Shown here: piece after piece, positions 7,907 to 18,878 of the stretch
Layout: every line of letters begins with the position of its first letter
How positions within the stretch are numbered: the first letter of the stretch is position 1
IMG/VR virus record: IMGVR_UViG_3300033120_000868
Span: 32,001-96,000 of that record
Reading direction: 5' to 3' (one strand)
DNA from: a virus
Taxonomy: Duplodnaviria; Caudoviricetes
Length of the DNA stretch: 64,000 nt
Program-made: the position numbers and the translations under genes
Notes under the pieces: model-generated
Told to the model about the DNA's origin: nothing
Seen by the model: only the letters and a program-made list of their open reading frames with translations
Databases searched by the model: none

Positions 7907-10684
7907 ATGTCAAACCATACAAAGCATGCTTTTTATAATGGGGTAGGGACTTCCACATCTCCTTCATCTACACTACCAAATCAAGCCGTAACAGAAGCTA
8001 TAAAGAGAACAGAAAAGTGGCAACACCGAGTAATGGATGCTTTAGAATCTATAGGAATCTCTCAACTTGCAGAAAATGTACATTTTAGAGACTATAGAAA
8101 AATGCTTACAGGTAATTTGGTTTATTCAGATTATGGAATAGAAGACCAATCTATTTTAAATCAGATTAGAGAAATAGGAGACAACGTTGGAATACCTACA
8201 TTTGTAAAGCACTATGATTTCATAGGTATAATCATAAGACAATTTATTGGAGAGTGGTTAAATCAAAAAGATAATTTTAAAGTTGATAGTATTGATGAAA
8301 TATCTGACAATGAATTTTTACGCGAATTAAACATTCAAGCAGAGGATTTTGTACTAAGCGAATATGAAAGAGAATTACAGATAAAGCTTTTAAAGAAAGG
8401 TATTGACCCCGCTAAATCTAATTTTCAATCAGACGAAGAAAGACAGCAATACTTACAGATGTTGGAGCAGGAAAAAGCAAAAGCTATTCCTGTAGAAGAA
8501 AGAATAAAAACAACATCTAAAAACTTTAAAACAAAAGCTGCTGAATGGGCTGAACATACTTTAGAGCACGACCAATCTAAGTATAATATGTCCGAATTGG
8601 ACGCAGAAGAAATAGAAGATTATCTTTTAACAGGTAGGTATTTCAGACATTACCACGTAGGATATGACTATTATAAACCTGAGAGATGGCTTCCTGAAGA
8701 AACTTTCTTTTCTAAGGATGTAAACATTAAACACCCACAAGACGGAGAGTATGTAGGCAGAGTATTCTTTTTAGGAGCTTCTGACATAATCCAAAGATAT
8801 GGGGCAAGTCTTACACCAAAGGATATAAAGACGCTTCAAAAAAGATTTGGAGATACTACAAATTTTGGACAAGATAGTAGAAAACCTTTTTCTGTAAACA
8901 ATATGACAAACACCTTCTTTGGTGATGATGTTGTTTTACCATTTGCAGGATATGTAGAATACGATTTAGGATTACAAATACAAGACGCTTTAAACGTGCC
9001 TATGGGAGAGACTTTTATAGACACTCCTGATGGACAACAAGTAGTACCAAGTTGGTTAAGCCCTTTCCAAAATCAAAACTATGTTTCAAACAGTTACGCC
9101 TCAATGAGAAGAGAGGATATTTCTGTAAGAACAGATTTAATGCAAGTTACAGAAGCCTATTGGAGGTCTTGGAAAAGAATGTGGCTTTTAAACTACACTA
9201 CAAAGACAGGATATTCCGCAACAGAAATAGTAACAGATGATTTATCACCTGAATTTATTGAAGAATATAACATTAAAAAATCTTCTAAATATGCCTTAAA
9301 TAATATTGAGGAAAATATGGAAGAAAACACAATGTATGAGTTTTGGATTCCTGAAGTATGGAGAGGAGTAAAAATTAATGCTGGTAATTCTTTATTAGGA
9401 GATAATATTTATTTAGATGTAGAACCTCTTCCATACCAAGTAAAAGGAGACAGTGATACTTTTGAGGTATTACTACCTGTTACAGGAATTATTTCAGATT
9501 CAGTTGCTCATAGATTAAGACCATTTCAAGTAGGATATAACATCTGTATGAATCAGATTTGGAATCTTCTTGAAAAAGAGATTGGGATGTTCTTCTTATT
9601 TGATATTAATTATTTACCTTCAGAGTATAAGGATTACGGAGATATAGAAGAGTCTTTAATGAAACTTAGAGATTTTGCTAAAGACGTAGGAATTGTTCCT
9701 ATGGACACTTCAAAACAAGGTATGCAAGGTAATGTGCCTCAAATGAACACTTTGATGACTCAAGATATCTCATTTGACAAACAAATTAATAGTCGAGTTA
9801 GTTTAGCAACATTTTATTATCAGAAAGCTTTAGAACAAATTGGCATTACACCTGCTAGATTAGGGCAAGCAACTACGTTTGAGACAGCTACAGGAGTACA
9901 ACAAGGAGTAACAGCTTCACACGACCAAACAGCTCAAATATTTCAAAAAATGTCTACGGCAAGAAAGAAATCAACCAATATGCATTTAGCTATTGCACAG
10001 TATTGCCAAAAAGAATTTATAGATAAAGATTTTGTGTTTAGGAGTTCAGATAATGATAAAACTTTTATAAATCTTACAGACCCTGATTTCCCTTTAAGAA
10101 GATTAAATGTATTTGCTATAAACGACCCTAAAAAACGAAGAGATTTGGAGATGATGAAACAAACACTTCTTCAAATGAACACTTTAGGAGATATGCAAGA
10201 TTATGCTGAACTTTACTCTGCTGATACAATCGTAGAACTTGTTTCTATGGGAAGAAGAAGCAGACAAGAGGCTCAACAAAAAGAACAAGAAGCAAGACAG
10301 CATGAGCAAGATATGTTAGATAAAAAACTTCAAGCAGAAGCTCAAGATAAAGAATCTCAAAGACAATTTGAAAAATATAAAGAAGATAAGAGAAACGAAA
10401 CAGATATTAGAGTGGCATCTATTAATGCAAATGCAAAATTATTAGATAAAAACAACACTTCTGAAGATGTTTCTCAAGTTCAAGATTATTCTACTCAAAT
10501 ATTAAACGATTTTAAAGCTCAAGAAATTGGTGTTAAAAAAGATTTAGCAGAGAATAAAAAACAAATTGAACAAGGAAAGCTTCAAAGACTAGACGAGCAG
10601 TTAAAGCTTAAAACAAGAGAGTTAGACCTTAAAGAGAAAGACCAAGAGACTAAAAGGTATATAGCTACAGTTAATAAAAATTAA
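7907..10684 (+). CDS. Portal protein (crAss-like)
   Basis: 925 aa after terL; KHYDFI..II..FIGE, EVWRGVKI, GITPARLGQ...ETATGVQQ; coiled-coil C terminus. Confidence 0.9.
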   Translation: MSNHTKHAFYNGVGTSTSPSSTLPNQAVTEAIKRTEKWQHRVMDALESIGISQLAENVHFRDYRKMLTGNLVYSDYGIEDQSILNQIREIGDNVGIPTFVKHYDFIGIIIRQFIGEWLNQKDNFKVDSIDEISDNEFLRELNIQAEDFVLSEYERELQIKLLKKGIDPAKSNFQSDEERQQYLQMLEQEKAKAIPVEERIKTTSKNFKTKAAEWAEHTLEHDQSKYNMSELDAEEIEDYLLTGRYFRHYHVGYDYYKPERWLPEETFFSKDVNIKHPQDGEYVGRVFFLGASDIIQRYGASLTPKDIKTLQKRFGDTTNFGQDSRKPFSVNNMTNTFFGDDVVLPFAGYVEYDLGLQIQDALNVPMGETFIDTPDGQQVVPSWLSPFQNQNYVSNSYASMRREDISVRTDLMQVTEAYWRSWKRMWLLNYTTKTGYSATEIVTDDLSPEFIEEYNIKKSSKYALNNIEENMEENTMYEFWIPEVWRGVKINAGNSLLGDNIYLDVEPLPYQVKGDSDTFEVLLPVTGIISDSVAHRLRPFQVGYNICMNQIWNLLEKEIGMFFLFDINYLPSEYKDYGDIEESLMKLRDFAKDVGIVPMDTSKQGMQGNVPQMNTLMTQDISFDKQINSRVSLATFYYQKALEQIGITPARLGQATTFETATGVQQGVTASHDQTAQIFQKMSTARKKSTNMHLAIAQYCQKEFIDKDFVFRSSDNDKTFINLTDPDFPLRRLNVFAINDPKKRRDLEMMKQTLLQMNTLGDMQDYAELYSADTIVELVSMGRRSRQEAQQKEQEARQHEQDMLDKKLQAEAQDKESQRQFEKYKEDKRNETDIRVASINANAKLLDKNNTSEDVSQVQDYSTQILNDFKAQEIGVKKDLAENKKQIEQGKLQRLDEQLKLKTRELDLKEKDQETKRYIATVNKN

Positions 10685-10722
10685 GCTAACAAACTTTTAA
10701 CAATAAAAACCTTTAGTTAAAT

Positions 10723-10749
10723 ATGCCCGCTAGTAATAGGTGGGCGTTT
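10723..10749 (+). terminator. Intrinsic terminator
   Basis: ATGCCCGC...GTGGGCGT hairpin with short T tract. Confidence 0.6.
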
Positions 10750-10787
10750 AACTAATTTTGTAAATTCAAACCAAATAACTAATTTTG
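10749..10787 (+). promoter_or_regulatory. TAACTAATTT-class promoter (scaffold/capsid)
   Basis: TAACTAATTTTG 10749; TAATTTTG 10780 (part of a second TAACTAATTTTG at 10776). Confidence 0.75.
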
Positions 10788-10796
10788 CAACAGAAA

Positions 10797-11891
10797 ATGG
10801 AACAAACCAATGTGAATTTTGATGACTTATTAAAGAACATGAACTTTGATAATTCAGACCAACCAAAAGAGGAGTTAGAAATTAACTTATCTCTTTCCAA
10901 TGAAGAAGAGGGGGAAGAAGCTCCAAAAGAAGAAAACCCTAAAGAAGAAGAGCTAAAAGCTGAAGAGACTCCTAAAGAAGATGAATTAGTATTTTCTGAA
11001 GAAACCAACTATGACGTACTAATTAAAGAGTTGGTAGACTTAGGTGAATGGGACTCAGATTTTGTAATTCCTGATGATGAAGGTAATGACATATTGATTA
11101 CTGATTTAAAAGGTATAGATAAAGAAAGATTTCAAGAAATAAAAGAGGCTATAAAAGATTTTAAAGATAAAGAGTTTAAATCTAAATATGTTTCAGTAGA
11201 AGGAATGACAGAAACTCAGAAATCTTTAATTAATATTATAAAGTCAGGAGATTTAGAAAAAGCAGAAGAGCTTTTCAAAAACCCTGCACAACTTGAAGAG
11301 CCATTTAAAGGTTATGATTCTTCTAATGATACTCACAATATTAATGTATTAGCTTATCACTATAAACAACAAGGTTTCTCAGATAAGAAAATTCAATCTT
11401 TAATTAAAGTAGCTCAAGAAGATTTAACTTTAGATACTGAAGCTCAAGCTGTAGTTGAACAATATAGAGAGGGGTATAAAAACCATTTAGCAAATATTGA
11501 AAAAGAGACAGAAGAAACTAGAAAACAAGAGGAGGAAAGTAGAAAAACGTATAGAAAAGATTTAACTACTCAGTATAAAGAAGAAGGATTTCCTGAACCT
11601 TTAGTAAAAAAATTAGTTGATGCAACAACAAAACCTGACCAAGACGGAGAACTTCCTGTAGATAAGGTTTACGAGCAATTAATGAAAGACCCAAAAGAAG
11701 CTAAAGAAGTAGCTTTATTTCTTTTAAATAGACAAGAATACCTTAACAGAGTGAAAGCCCCTGTAAAAAAAGAAGCTGATGTAAATTTCTTGAAAAAATT
11801 AAATATTGCAAGAAAAACAACAGCAACTAAAAATTCACAAAAAGAAGAAGACACACCAAATAACTTTTTTGAAACTTTAACATTTAATTAA
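10797..11891 (+). CDS. Putative capsid scaffolding protein
   Basis: Very acidic N terminus, helical, between portal and capsid; ATG at 10797 downstream of promoter. Confidence 0.7.
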   Translation: MEQTNVNFDDLLKNMNFDNSDQPKEELEINLSLSNEEEGEEAPKEENPKEEELKAEETPKEDELVFSEETNYDVLIKELVDLGEWDSDFVIPDDEGNDILITDLKGIDKERFQEIKEAIKDFKDKEFKSKYVSVEGMTETQKSLINIIKSGDLEKAEELFKNPAQLEEPFKGYDSSNDTHNINVLAYHYKQQGFSDKKIQSLIKVAQEDLTLDTEAQAVVEQYREGYKNHLANIEKETEETRKQEEESRKTYRKDLTTQYKEEGFPEPLVKKLVDATTKPDQDGELPVDKVYEQLMKDPKEAKEVALFLLNRQEYLNRVKAPVKKEADVNFLKKLNIARKTTATKNSQKEEDTPNNFFETLTFN

Positions 11892-11904
11892 TATATAGAC
11901 AATT

Positions 11905-13608
11905 ATGATTCAAAATCAGAACATCCCATACCACATTAATGGAGGCGACCAAGTGATTATGTTCACTGGTAAAAAAGAACTTGCTTCAATCAGTGGTGTA
12001 CAAAACTTACCATCTTTATATAGTTGGTATCAAGAAGACCCTGAAAAAAACCACTTAGGGTTAGTAAAACTATGGTCGCAACAATCTACGGCTAAGTATC
12101 CAAACTTAATGCGTCAATTATTGGCTGACAAGGCTGTAATGAATGTAAACGGTTGGGACGGAGGATTTACTTACGAGCTTCCAATTGAAGAGCACAAAGG
12201 TTGCTACACAACTCGTGATGTATCTTACCAAGAATTTGCAGGTGTAGATGGAGGAACTTTCAAGTTAATTTTAAACAGAGCTTATGCTCCTGGGGATATC
12301 TTAACTTATGATAAATTTCATGGACAACAAGTAGTTGTAGCAGAAGATTATCCTGTTGAACCATCAACTGAAGGATTTGAGCACACAGTAAAAATTGCAA
12401 ATGAGAATGATAAATATGCTTACCTATTACCTGAGTTTTTAAGTAAAGGTGTTGAGTGGTTTAAGATTGGACATGCTGCATTTGGAGAAGAGTTCACAAA
12501 CTACTCTAACTTTGAGTTCCCTAATACAATTGGAACAATGAAATGTGAGTTCCGTTTAGGTTCTGCAACTGCTGTTGAGTCTTACATCTCAGGTGCGGCT
12601 GATGCAAAAGCAATGTCAGGAGCTTCGGCTAAAGCAAAAGCTTATGCTGACAAAGTAATGCAAGAATTTAACGGCGGAGAATATGCTATCTTAGCAGATT
12701 TCAAAGTTGTTAATGGTAAAAAAATGCCTGATATGAAAACGGCTAAATTAGGAGCTACTATGGAGTTCTTAACTATGCGTGAATTAGAAAAATTAACTTC
12801 TGAAAAATTAATGTGGGCTCAAGCAGCTACATTTACAAATTCAAATGGAGTTACTCGTATCAACGAAGGTTTATACAGACAATTAAGACGTGGTAAAATT
12901 ATCACTTATGGTCGTCCAGGCGGTTTAACAAGAGAGCACATTCAAGAGGCTAAAGAGTATATCTTCCGCGGAAATTATATGAAACAAGATGTTGACACAA
13001 GAATCCACTTCAAAGCTGGTAAATTCTTATATGAAAACTTCTTAGCTATCTTTAAAGACGAAATTGCAAGTCAAAGAGACCAGTTAGCTACCTTCTTAGG
13101 TTCTGATAGAATGATTCCAAACCCTGTTTCAGGAAACGACCCATTCAATTTAACTTTCAAACCTATCCGTTTTACAAACGTATTCTTAGCTGGAATTGGT
13201 ATGGTATCTGTAGAAGAGGATTTAGCTTTAAACAACGCTGATGGTAGAGATAGATTAGCTTCAGGAATGCACCCACTTGGATTATCAGAAACTGCTTATT
13301 CAGCTATGATTTGGGATGCAGATTCTCAAGTATACTCAAACAATAAAGAGCTTCCAAAAGGAGTTACTATGATTGAAGGAGGTAATGCAGGAGCAAATAT
13401 CCACTTAGTAAAACCTGAAGGTGAAGGAGTTTATTGGGGTTCTGAGAATGGTCGTTACGACTATAGAAAAGCAGGAGATATCATCTCTTCAGGAAGAAAA
13501 CCAGGTCAAAACTTTTGGGCTTTCTCAATCGCAGCTATTCACGTAATGGATGTTACAAGAACTGTAATTATTGAGTTAGAACCAGCAGCAAGAAAAGGTT
13601 TCAACTAA
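11905..13608 (+). CDS. Major capsid protein (crAss-like)
   Basis: 567 aa; position after scaffold; EGLYRQLRRG segment; highly-expressed codon bias (CGT, ATC, TTC); followed by strong terminator. Confidence 0.88.
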   Translation: MIQNQNIPYHINGGDQVIMFTGKKELASISGVQNLPSLYSWYQEDPEKNHLGLVKLWSQQSTAKYPNLMRQLLADKAVMNVNGWDGGFTYELPIEEHKGCYTTRDVSYQEFAGVDGGTFKLILNRAYAPGDILTYDKFHGQQVVVAEDYPVEPSTEGFEHTVKIANENDKYAYLLPEFLSKGVEWFKIGHAAFGEEFTNYSNFEFPNTIGTMKCEFRLGSATAVESYISGAADAKAMSGASAKAKAYADKVMQEFNGGEYAILADFKVVNGKKMPDMKTAKLGATMEFLTMRELEKLTSEKLMWAQAATFTNSNGVTRINEGLYRQLRRGKIITYGRPGGLTREHIQEAKEYIFRGNYMKQDVDTRIHFKAGKFLYENFLAIFKDEIASQRDQLATFLGSDRMIPNPVSGNDPFNLTFKPIRFTNVFLAGIGMVSVEEDLALNNADGRDRLASGMHPLGLSETAYSAMIWDADSQVYSNNKELPKGVTMIEGGNAGANIHLVKPEGEGVYWGSENGRYDYRKAGDIISSGRKPGQNFWAFSIAAIHVMDVTRTVIIELEPAARKGFN

Positions 13609-13623
13609 TATTAAAATAAAAAT

Positions 13624-13655
13624 TTCCGCCCTGTTAAATTCGGGGCGGGATTTTT
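13624..13655 (+). terminator. Intrinsic terminator after capsid gene
   Basis: TTCCGCCC...GGGCGGGA then TTTTT. Confidence 0.85.
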
Positions 13656-13693
13656 AACTAATTTTGAAGAAAGTATATTATTTACTATCTTTG
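13655..13693 (+). promoter_or_regulatory. TAACTAATTT-class promoter
   Basis: TAACTAATTTTG 13655; TATCTTTG 13686. Confidence 0.75.
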
Positions 13694-13720
13694 CACAACA
13701 GAAAAACCAAACAGAAAAAA

Positions 13721-14680
13721 ATGAGTAAAACCAACCAAAAAGAAGTACTGTTTTCCGTGTATGGCATGGAAATCAGAGAAGACTCTCTTTATGAGATACA
13801 AGAGAAAATAGATATGTCAGCACCTGACGGTTTTCAAAAAGAAAATACCACAAAGATTCTTAATGAAAATGTAATTGACAGTTTTCCCGTAGCATCTTGG
13901 GATGAATCTTTAAAGTCTTGGGATACAGGATTAACATTAGATTCAAAACTATTAGCTAAAGCTTTTCCTGACGATATTGAAAGAGGGAGAGTTGTAAAAC
14001 AATTAACTGCAAAAGTAGTTAAACCTTTTGAAGACAGAATTGGAAAAGGAGGATTAAGACCAACAGCAGATAATAACGAATTTTGGGATAGATTCTCAGT
14101 AAGAGTTTCAAGATTTAAAGTGTTTAATACAGCTAAAGTAGAAGAGTTATATCAACTGTATAGCTTATTAGTTAAGAAAACAATTACTCCAAAAGCTCAC
14201 GAAAGACATCCTGAATGGAGAAATTCAGCTTATACAGTTGTAGATAAAGAAGAAGCTGTATCAAGAGCAGAATTAAAAGCTTCTCAAAAAGCAACAGCTT
14301 ATGGATTATATTTCCAATTGAAAAATTCAAAAGAGTTACCAATTATTTTAGATTGGGTAAATGTTAAGATTCAAAAAACTACTCCTGATACTACAAAAGA
14401 TGCTATCTTTGATAGATTTATATCAGACGAAAAGAATGGAAATCAAAATACAAAGGATTTTATCGAAGCTGTTGAAATGTTTAATGACGAAAAACAATCT
14501 GAGATTTTTGGAATCCATACAAGATTAAAAGAAATGCATAGAAAAGGAGAAGGAATTGTTTTAAGAAAACAGGAAATTTATTTAGACGACCAATATGTTG
14601 GAAACAACTTCAAGGTAGCTGCTAAAAAGATTTTAGATACTCCTGAATTATATGAGACTTTTATGTCTTTACAAAAATAA
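13721..14680 (+). CDS. Conserved post-capsid protein of crAss-like module
   Basis: ATG at 13721 (MSKTNQ); NNEFWD motif; gene order. Confidence 0.65.
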   Translation: MSKTNQKEVLFSVYGMEIREDSLYEIQEKIDMSAPDGFQKENTTKILNENVIDSFPVASWDESLKSWDTGLTLDSKLLAKAFPDDIERGRVVKQLTAKVVKPFEDRIGKGGLRPTADNNEFWDRFSVRVSRFKVFNTAKVEELYQLYSLLVKKTITPKAHERHPEWRNSAYTVVDKEEAVSRAELKASQKATAYGLYFQLKNSKELPIILDWVNVKIQKTTPDTTKDAIFDRFISDEKNGNQNTKDFIEAVEMFNDEKQSEIFGIHTRLKEMHRKGEGIVLRKQEIYLDDQYVGNNFKVAAKKILDTPELYETFMSLQK

Positions 14681-14690
14681 CAAATAAAAC

Positions 14691-14718
14691 AGGGAGGTGA
14701 AATTCCTCCCTTATTTTA
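14691..14718 (+). terminator. Hairpin/terminator
   Basis: AGGGAGG-tgaaatt-CCTCCCT then TATTTT. Confidence 0.7.
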
Positions 14719-14722
14719 AAAA

Positions 14723-15394
14723 ATGCAAGTAGAAAGAGCTTACGAAAAATTTCTGCTTAAAGCTAATGAAAATTTTGAGACATCAAAAATAGCAGTTGAT
14801 AGAGGTAGATTTACACTTTTATTTAATGAGGCTCAAAATAAGATGCTTGAAAATATCTTAGATAGAAAAGCAGATGACGAGTATCGCTACATTCAAAAGC
14901 TACTTGTCAAAAACAAAGAAATACTACGCGAAGAATCGCAAGAAAATTTAGATTTATTTCCCCTACCTAAAAACTATTTTGATTTTTCTTCGGCTTACAC
15001 TAAAGCCACATCAAAAGGAGATAAATGTACAGATGTAAAAATATACTTATATGAGGTCAAAGATGACAATATAGTAGAAGTTTTACAAGATGAATTTCAA
15101 AAACCATCATTCATAGCAAGAGAAGCTCCATTCTCATTTACTTCAGACAAAATAGCGGTTTATAAAGAAGATTTTAAAAACAACGCTTTAATCTTATCTT
15201 ATTATAGATATCCAATACAAATACAACTTATTGACGAAGAAGACCCTGAATCTGCTTTTAACGAAGGTTTTCCAATAGAGTTCGATGATAAATTTACAGA
15301 CCGAATTATATCTATGGCGGTCTCGGAATTTGAAATAAACAATTCAAACGATAAATTTAATATAAATAAACAACAATCAATTAACAAATTTTAA
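14723..15394 (+). CDS. Tail ring/head-tail adaptor protein
   Basis: LFNEAQ...LPKNYF...LSYYRYP...IISMAV pattern of crAss-like ring proteins. Confidence 0.7.
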   Translation: MQVERAYEKFLLKANENFETSKIAVDRGRFTLLFNEAQNKMLENILDRKADDEYRYIQKLLVKNKEILREESQENLDLFPLPKNYFDFSSAYTKATSKGDKCTDVKIYLYEVKDDNIVEVLQDEFQKPSFIAREAPFSFTSDKIAVYKEDFKNNALILSYYRYPIQIQLIDEEDPESAFNEGFPIEFDDKFTDRIISMAVSEFEINNSNDKFNINKQQSINKF

Positions 15395-15396
15395 TT

Positions 15397-17379
15397 ATGC
15401 TTAACAGACCACAAGAAATTCTTTTTGTTACTAACGAAGGTGCTGTCCAAAAAAATGGATATTCGGCAACTCTTGGTAAAGGACAGTTTGGAATAGTAGA
15501 TAAAGGGGCATCTAAAAGTGCTTTAGGTGAAAGAGTAACCACTACATTACCAACAACTCCAAAAGACAGATTATTTGAGTTAGCTTTAGGAGCTTCAGAT
15601 TTGAAACCTAACCGTTCTCAAACTAACAAATCATGGCGTTCACTTCCATTTAAGTTAAGTGACGTAGTAGAAATCAAAGTAAAAACTCCTCAAGGAAAAG
15701 GAAGTGTTGACGAGGTTCTTATCGGATACGATGGAATTAATGCAGACACAGCTTTAGTATTAGAAAACGGAGATAACGAAACATTAGACATCACTTTAAA
15801 AGGAGATGCTTTAGGGATGTTAGGGTACAAAGACGGAAAAGTAACTGTAAAATTACATTTACGTGCTCCTAACGAAGGTGCTTTCACTATGCAACAAATT
15901 GTTGAAGAGGGAGTAGCAATATTAAAAAACATGACTTTAATAGGAGGTGTTCCAATTACAGAGTATATTGATATCACTCCAATTAATTCAGAACAAGTAG
16001 CTTTAACAGGTTCTAACTACTCATTCTTTTATTTATCAGTTAATGATGAAGGTAGAGAATCTGATAAAGGTTTGATACAAGCTCAGTACCCTTCATATAA
16101 AGTGGAGAGAAAATCTTGGAAAGACGGCTTATCTGTATATTCTATTTTAGCTCCATCAGCTACAGTATTAGCTAATTATGAAGCTACTTTAACAGATATT
16201 ATGAAATATTGTGAAGACTGTCCTAGTGGATTTACAGCTTCAGCAGATGGAAAATTATGTGTTGCTGGTGGAGACCCAGTAGCTATCGCTTGGGAACAAG
16301 GAGAAACAGGAGTAGTAGTTTCTGAAAGCTACGAAATCCAATTAGCAGACGACGATTGTGGAGCTAACAGACTTGCTGAATTACAAGCTGCTTACCCAAG
16401 TTTAGCAATTGCAGTAAAAGGTACATCAAGCAGAACAGTAACTTTATCAGGTACTTCAGGAACAGCTAATATTGCAATTGCTGGAGTTAATTATTTAGCT
16501 ACATTTGCATCTGATTTGACAACTACAGCTAATAACTTTGTAACAGCACATGCAGCTACTATTTTAGCAGCTACAGGAGCTACAGTAACAGCATCATCAG
16601 GAGTAATCACAATAACTGATACAAATTTAGGATTCCCAACAGTTACCATTACAAATGCTACAACTAACTTAGCAGGTACAGTGGGAGCATTAACGGCTGT
16701 TACAACTACAGAAGGTGGATGCCAAACAGTTTATACAACTACAGTTTTATCTAACCCTGTATTTAGTGAGTGTGACCCTATTTTACTAGATTTACATTTT
16801 ACAGAAGCACCTGCACCTTATAATTTCACACATTGGACAAAAGTAGCTAAAGTTTATAACGAAGATGCTTTAATGGGTATTAGAATTAAAGGTAAGATGA
16901 ATATTTTTGCTGGTTCAGAAGATTATAGATTTGATATTCCAAACATATATGATTCAACAAGATTATCTGTTTCAAGTGAAGTTGGTATGGTAAATGAATC
17001 TTACAAACAAGGTAGAGTAGGTAGATTCGCAGTTAAAATGTTATCTGTTGCTTCTAAACCTGATTCATTAGGTATGGATTTAAGAGACTTAGAAAACAGA
17101 GCTCGTATTCATTATACTATGTCACCTGTACACGAAGATAATAATATTGCTCGTTATTTATTAGGTGAAGAGTCTTTACTAAAACCAACTGCACAATATG
17201 TAACTTATACTATTTGGATTAGAACTAGTAAAATTGCTGGAATGTTCTCTAAAGAGGAAGTAACTAACCAAAAATATATTATTGCAGCAGAGGTTGGAAG
17301 ACACTTAGGAGTAGAAGACGTAGTAAATGCATTAGCAACCGCATCAGGAGTACCTGTAGTAGAAGCTTTCAACTATTAA
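15397..17379 (+). CDS. Abundant structural protein, probably auxiliary capsid protein
   Basis: 660 aa, highly-expressed codon bias, after ring gene, followed by terminator; Ala/Thr-rich insert near aa 340-440. Confidence 0.6.
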   Translation: MLNRPQEILFVTNEGAVQKNGYSATLGKGQFGIVDKGASKSALGERVTTTLPTTPKDRLFELALGASDLKPNRSQTNKSWRSLPFKLSDVVEIKVKTPQGKGSVDEVLIGYDGINADTALVLENGDNETLDITLKGDALGMLGYKDGKVTVKLHLRAPNEGAFTMQQIVEEGVAILKNMTLIGGVPITEYIDITPINSEQVALTGSNYSFFYLSVNDEGRESDKGLIQAQYPSYKVERKSWKDGLSVYSILAPSATVLANYEATLTDIMKYCEDCPSGFTASADGKLCVAGGDPVAIAWEQGETGVVVSESYEIQLADDDCGANRLAELQAAYPSLAIAVKGTSSRTVTLSGTSGTANIAIAGVNYLATFASDLTTTANNFVTAHAATILAATGATVTASSGVITITDTNLGFPTVTITNATTNLAGTVGALTAVTTTEGGCQTVYTTTVLSNPVFSECDPILLDLHFTEAPAPYNFTHWTKVAKVYNEDALMGIRIKGKMNIFAGSEDYRFDIPNIYDSTRLSVSSEVGMVNESYKQGRVGRFAVKMLSVASKPDSLGMDLRDLENRARIHYTMSPVHEDNNIARYLLGEESLLKPTAQYVTYTIWIRTSKIAGMFSKEEVTNQKYIIAAEVGRHLGVEDVVNALATASGVPVVEAFNY

Positions 17380-17394
17380 AATCAAATTAACCAT

Positions 17395-17424
17395 AAAGGA
17401 GGAGCAAAACACTCCTCCTTTTTT
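17395..17424 (+). terminator. Intrinsic terminator
   Basis: AAAGGAGGAG-caaaaca-CTCCTCCTTT then TTT. Confidence 0.85.
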
Positions 17425-17436
17425 AATATAACATAA

Positions 17437-17556
17437 ATGAAAGTAACAATAGACAGAGAAGCTTCAAAGGAAGAAACCTTAGCTATTTTAAAGGCAGAAG
17501 AGATTTTATTAGAGGCAGGGTTAGAATTAATTGGAACAAGACCAAAAGATAGGTAA
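17437..17556 (+). CDS. Small protein, 39 aa (not in ORF track)
   Basis: MKVTIDREASKEETLAILKAEEILLEAGLELIGTRPKDR; stop overlaps next ATG (TAATG). Confidence 0.65.
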   Translation: MKVTIDREASKEETLAILKAEEILLEAGLELIGTRPKDR

Positions 17557-17885
17557 TGAAAGCACTTTTATACTTAGCAACCTTAATAAGTATAATTACA
17601 TATTCTTTTTGGCAACAAATAAAAGATATAACTAATATTAGTGTTTTTTATATAGGAAACGCTTTATTTATATTTTTAATATGTTTTTATATTTATTTAC
17701 AAGATAAAAAGAGTTTTATAAAATTCTTATTATTTGAGTTATCCGTTGCGAATTTATTTAAAGAGCTTTTCCTTGACCCAGGAAAATTAACCTTATCAGA
17801 AGCCTTATTAATAGTTATAATACCTTTCATTTGGTATATAAAAGTAAAATATGACAAGTATTATAGAATATTGGAGAGAAATTAG
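17556..17885 (+). CDS. Multi-pass membrane protein (holin-like?)
   Basis: Three to four hydrophobic segments in 109 aa. Confidence 0.55.
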   Translation: MKALLYLATLISIITYSFWQQIKDITNISVFYIGNALFIFLICFYIYLQDKKSFIKFLLFELSVANLFKELFLDPGKLTLSEALLIVIIPFIWYIKVKYDKYYRILERN

Positions 17886-18282
17886 TTTAGCAATCGGAGG
17901 TGTAGCCTCTTTTATAATAGGAAGAAAATCAGCTAGATTTTTAGAAAAACAACAACAAGTAGATGCTATAGCAACAATGCAAAAAACGTATGACACGTTT
18001 TTGGGACATTATGATAGTCAATATGTAAAATTAGTGGAACAAGTAAATAAACTTCAGTCTGCTTTTTTGGAGTTACAACTTTCTTATGCAAAGGAAATCG
18101 AGAAGAGCGAGAACTGGGAGAAACTACACAGAGAGTTACAAATACAATATAGAGATTTAGAAAAGAAATATAATATTCTTGAGCATCAATATTTAGAATC
18201 AGAGAAAAAACACGAAGATTTAGAAAAATTATATTCAAAATTAAAATCAGATTTTGATAAACATAAAAAGTTAACTGCATAA
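17851..18282 (+). CDS. Membrane-anchored coiled-coil protein (holin/spanin-like)
   Basis: N-terminal ISLAIGGVASFIIG then long heptad coil. Confidence 0.55.
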   Translation: MTSIIEYWREISLAIGGVASFIIGRKSARFLEKQQQVDAIATMQKTYDTFLGHYDSQYVKLVEQVNKLQSAFLELQLSYAKEIEKSENWEKLHRELQIQYRDLEKKYNILEHQYLESEKKHEDLEKLYSKLKSDFDKHKKLTA

Positions 18283-18305
18283 CAACTTAAAATAAGTAAA
18301 TAAAT

Positions 18306-18878
18306 ATGACAACATTAGAAAAGATTAAAAAACTTCAATATTTTAACGGATTAAAAAATTTAAGAATAATATTAGAAGAGTTCTTCTCTTCTGTTACAGC
18401 TTTGGAAACCAATTCAGTTATTGTAGCAGAAGTTAGAGTAGATAGTAGTACAACACTAAATTCAGGTACTTTAACCGTAGGTAGAAAATATTATATCGAT
18501 AATACAGATTTACAAGCAGGTGATGATTTTACCAACGTAGGTTTTGTGGTAGAAGGGCAAGTTTTTACAGCAACAGGCACGACACCAACAGATTGGAGTG
18601 GAGAAACACCTGTAACAGAAATTATTGAAGAATACTCTGTAATATATAATGATATTGACAATAGTAATTTAAATATATCTTTAGATTATAATCCTTCTGA
18701 TGAATCTTACTTAAATTTTACAATATTGAATAACGGTTTTACAACATCAAAAAGTGCAGCTTTTACAGGTGTAAGTTCTAACTATTCTTTTACAAGTACA
18801 AACAATTTAGCAATTAATATTTCAGCAAATTTAGGACAAAATAATAAAGGATTTGTTAAAATAGAAGTTTATAACTAA
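18306..18878 (+). CDS. Putative fibre/decoration protein
   Basis: Beta-rich; DDFTNVG...FTATGTTPTDW; C-terminal KIEVYN like 25431-25889. Confidence 0.55.
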   Translation: MTTLEKIKKLQYFNGLKNLRIILEEFFSSVTALETNSVIVAEVRVDSSTTLNSGTLTVGRKYYIDNTDLQAGDDFTNVGFVVEGQVFTATGTTPTDWSGETPVTEIIEEYSVIYNDIDNSNLNISLDYNPSDESYLNFTILNNGFTTSKSAAFTGVSSNYSFTSTNNLAINISANLGQNNKGFVKIEVYN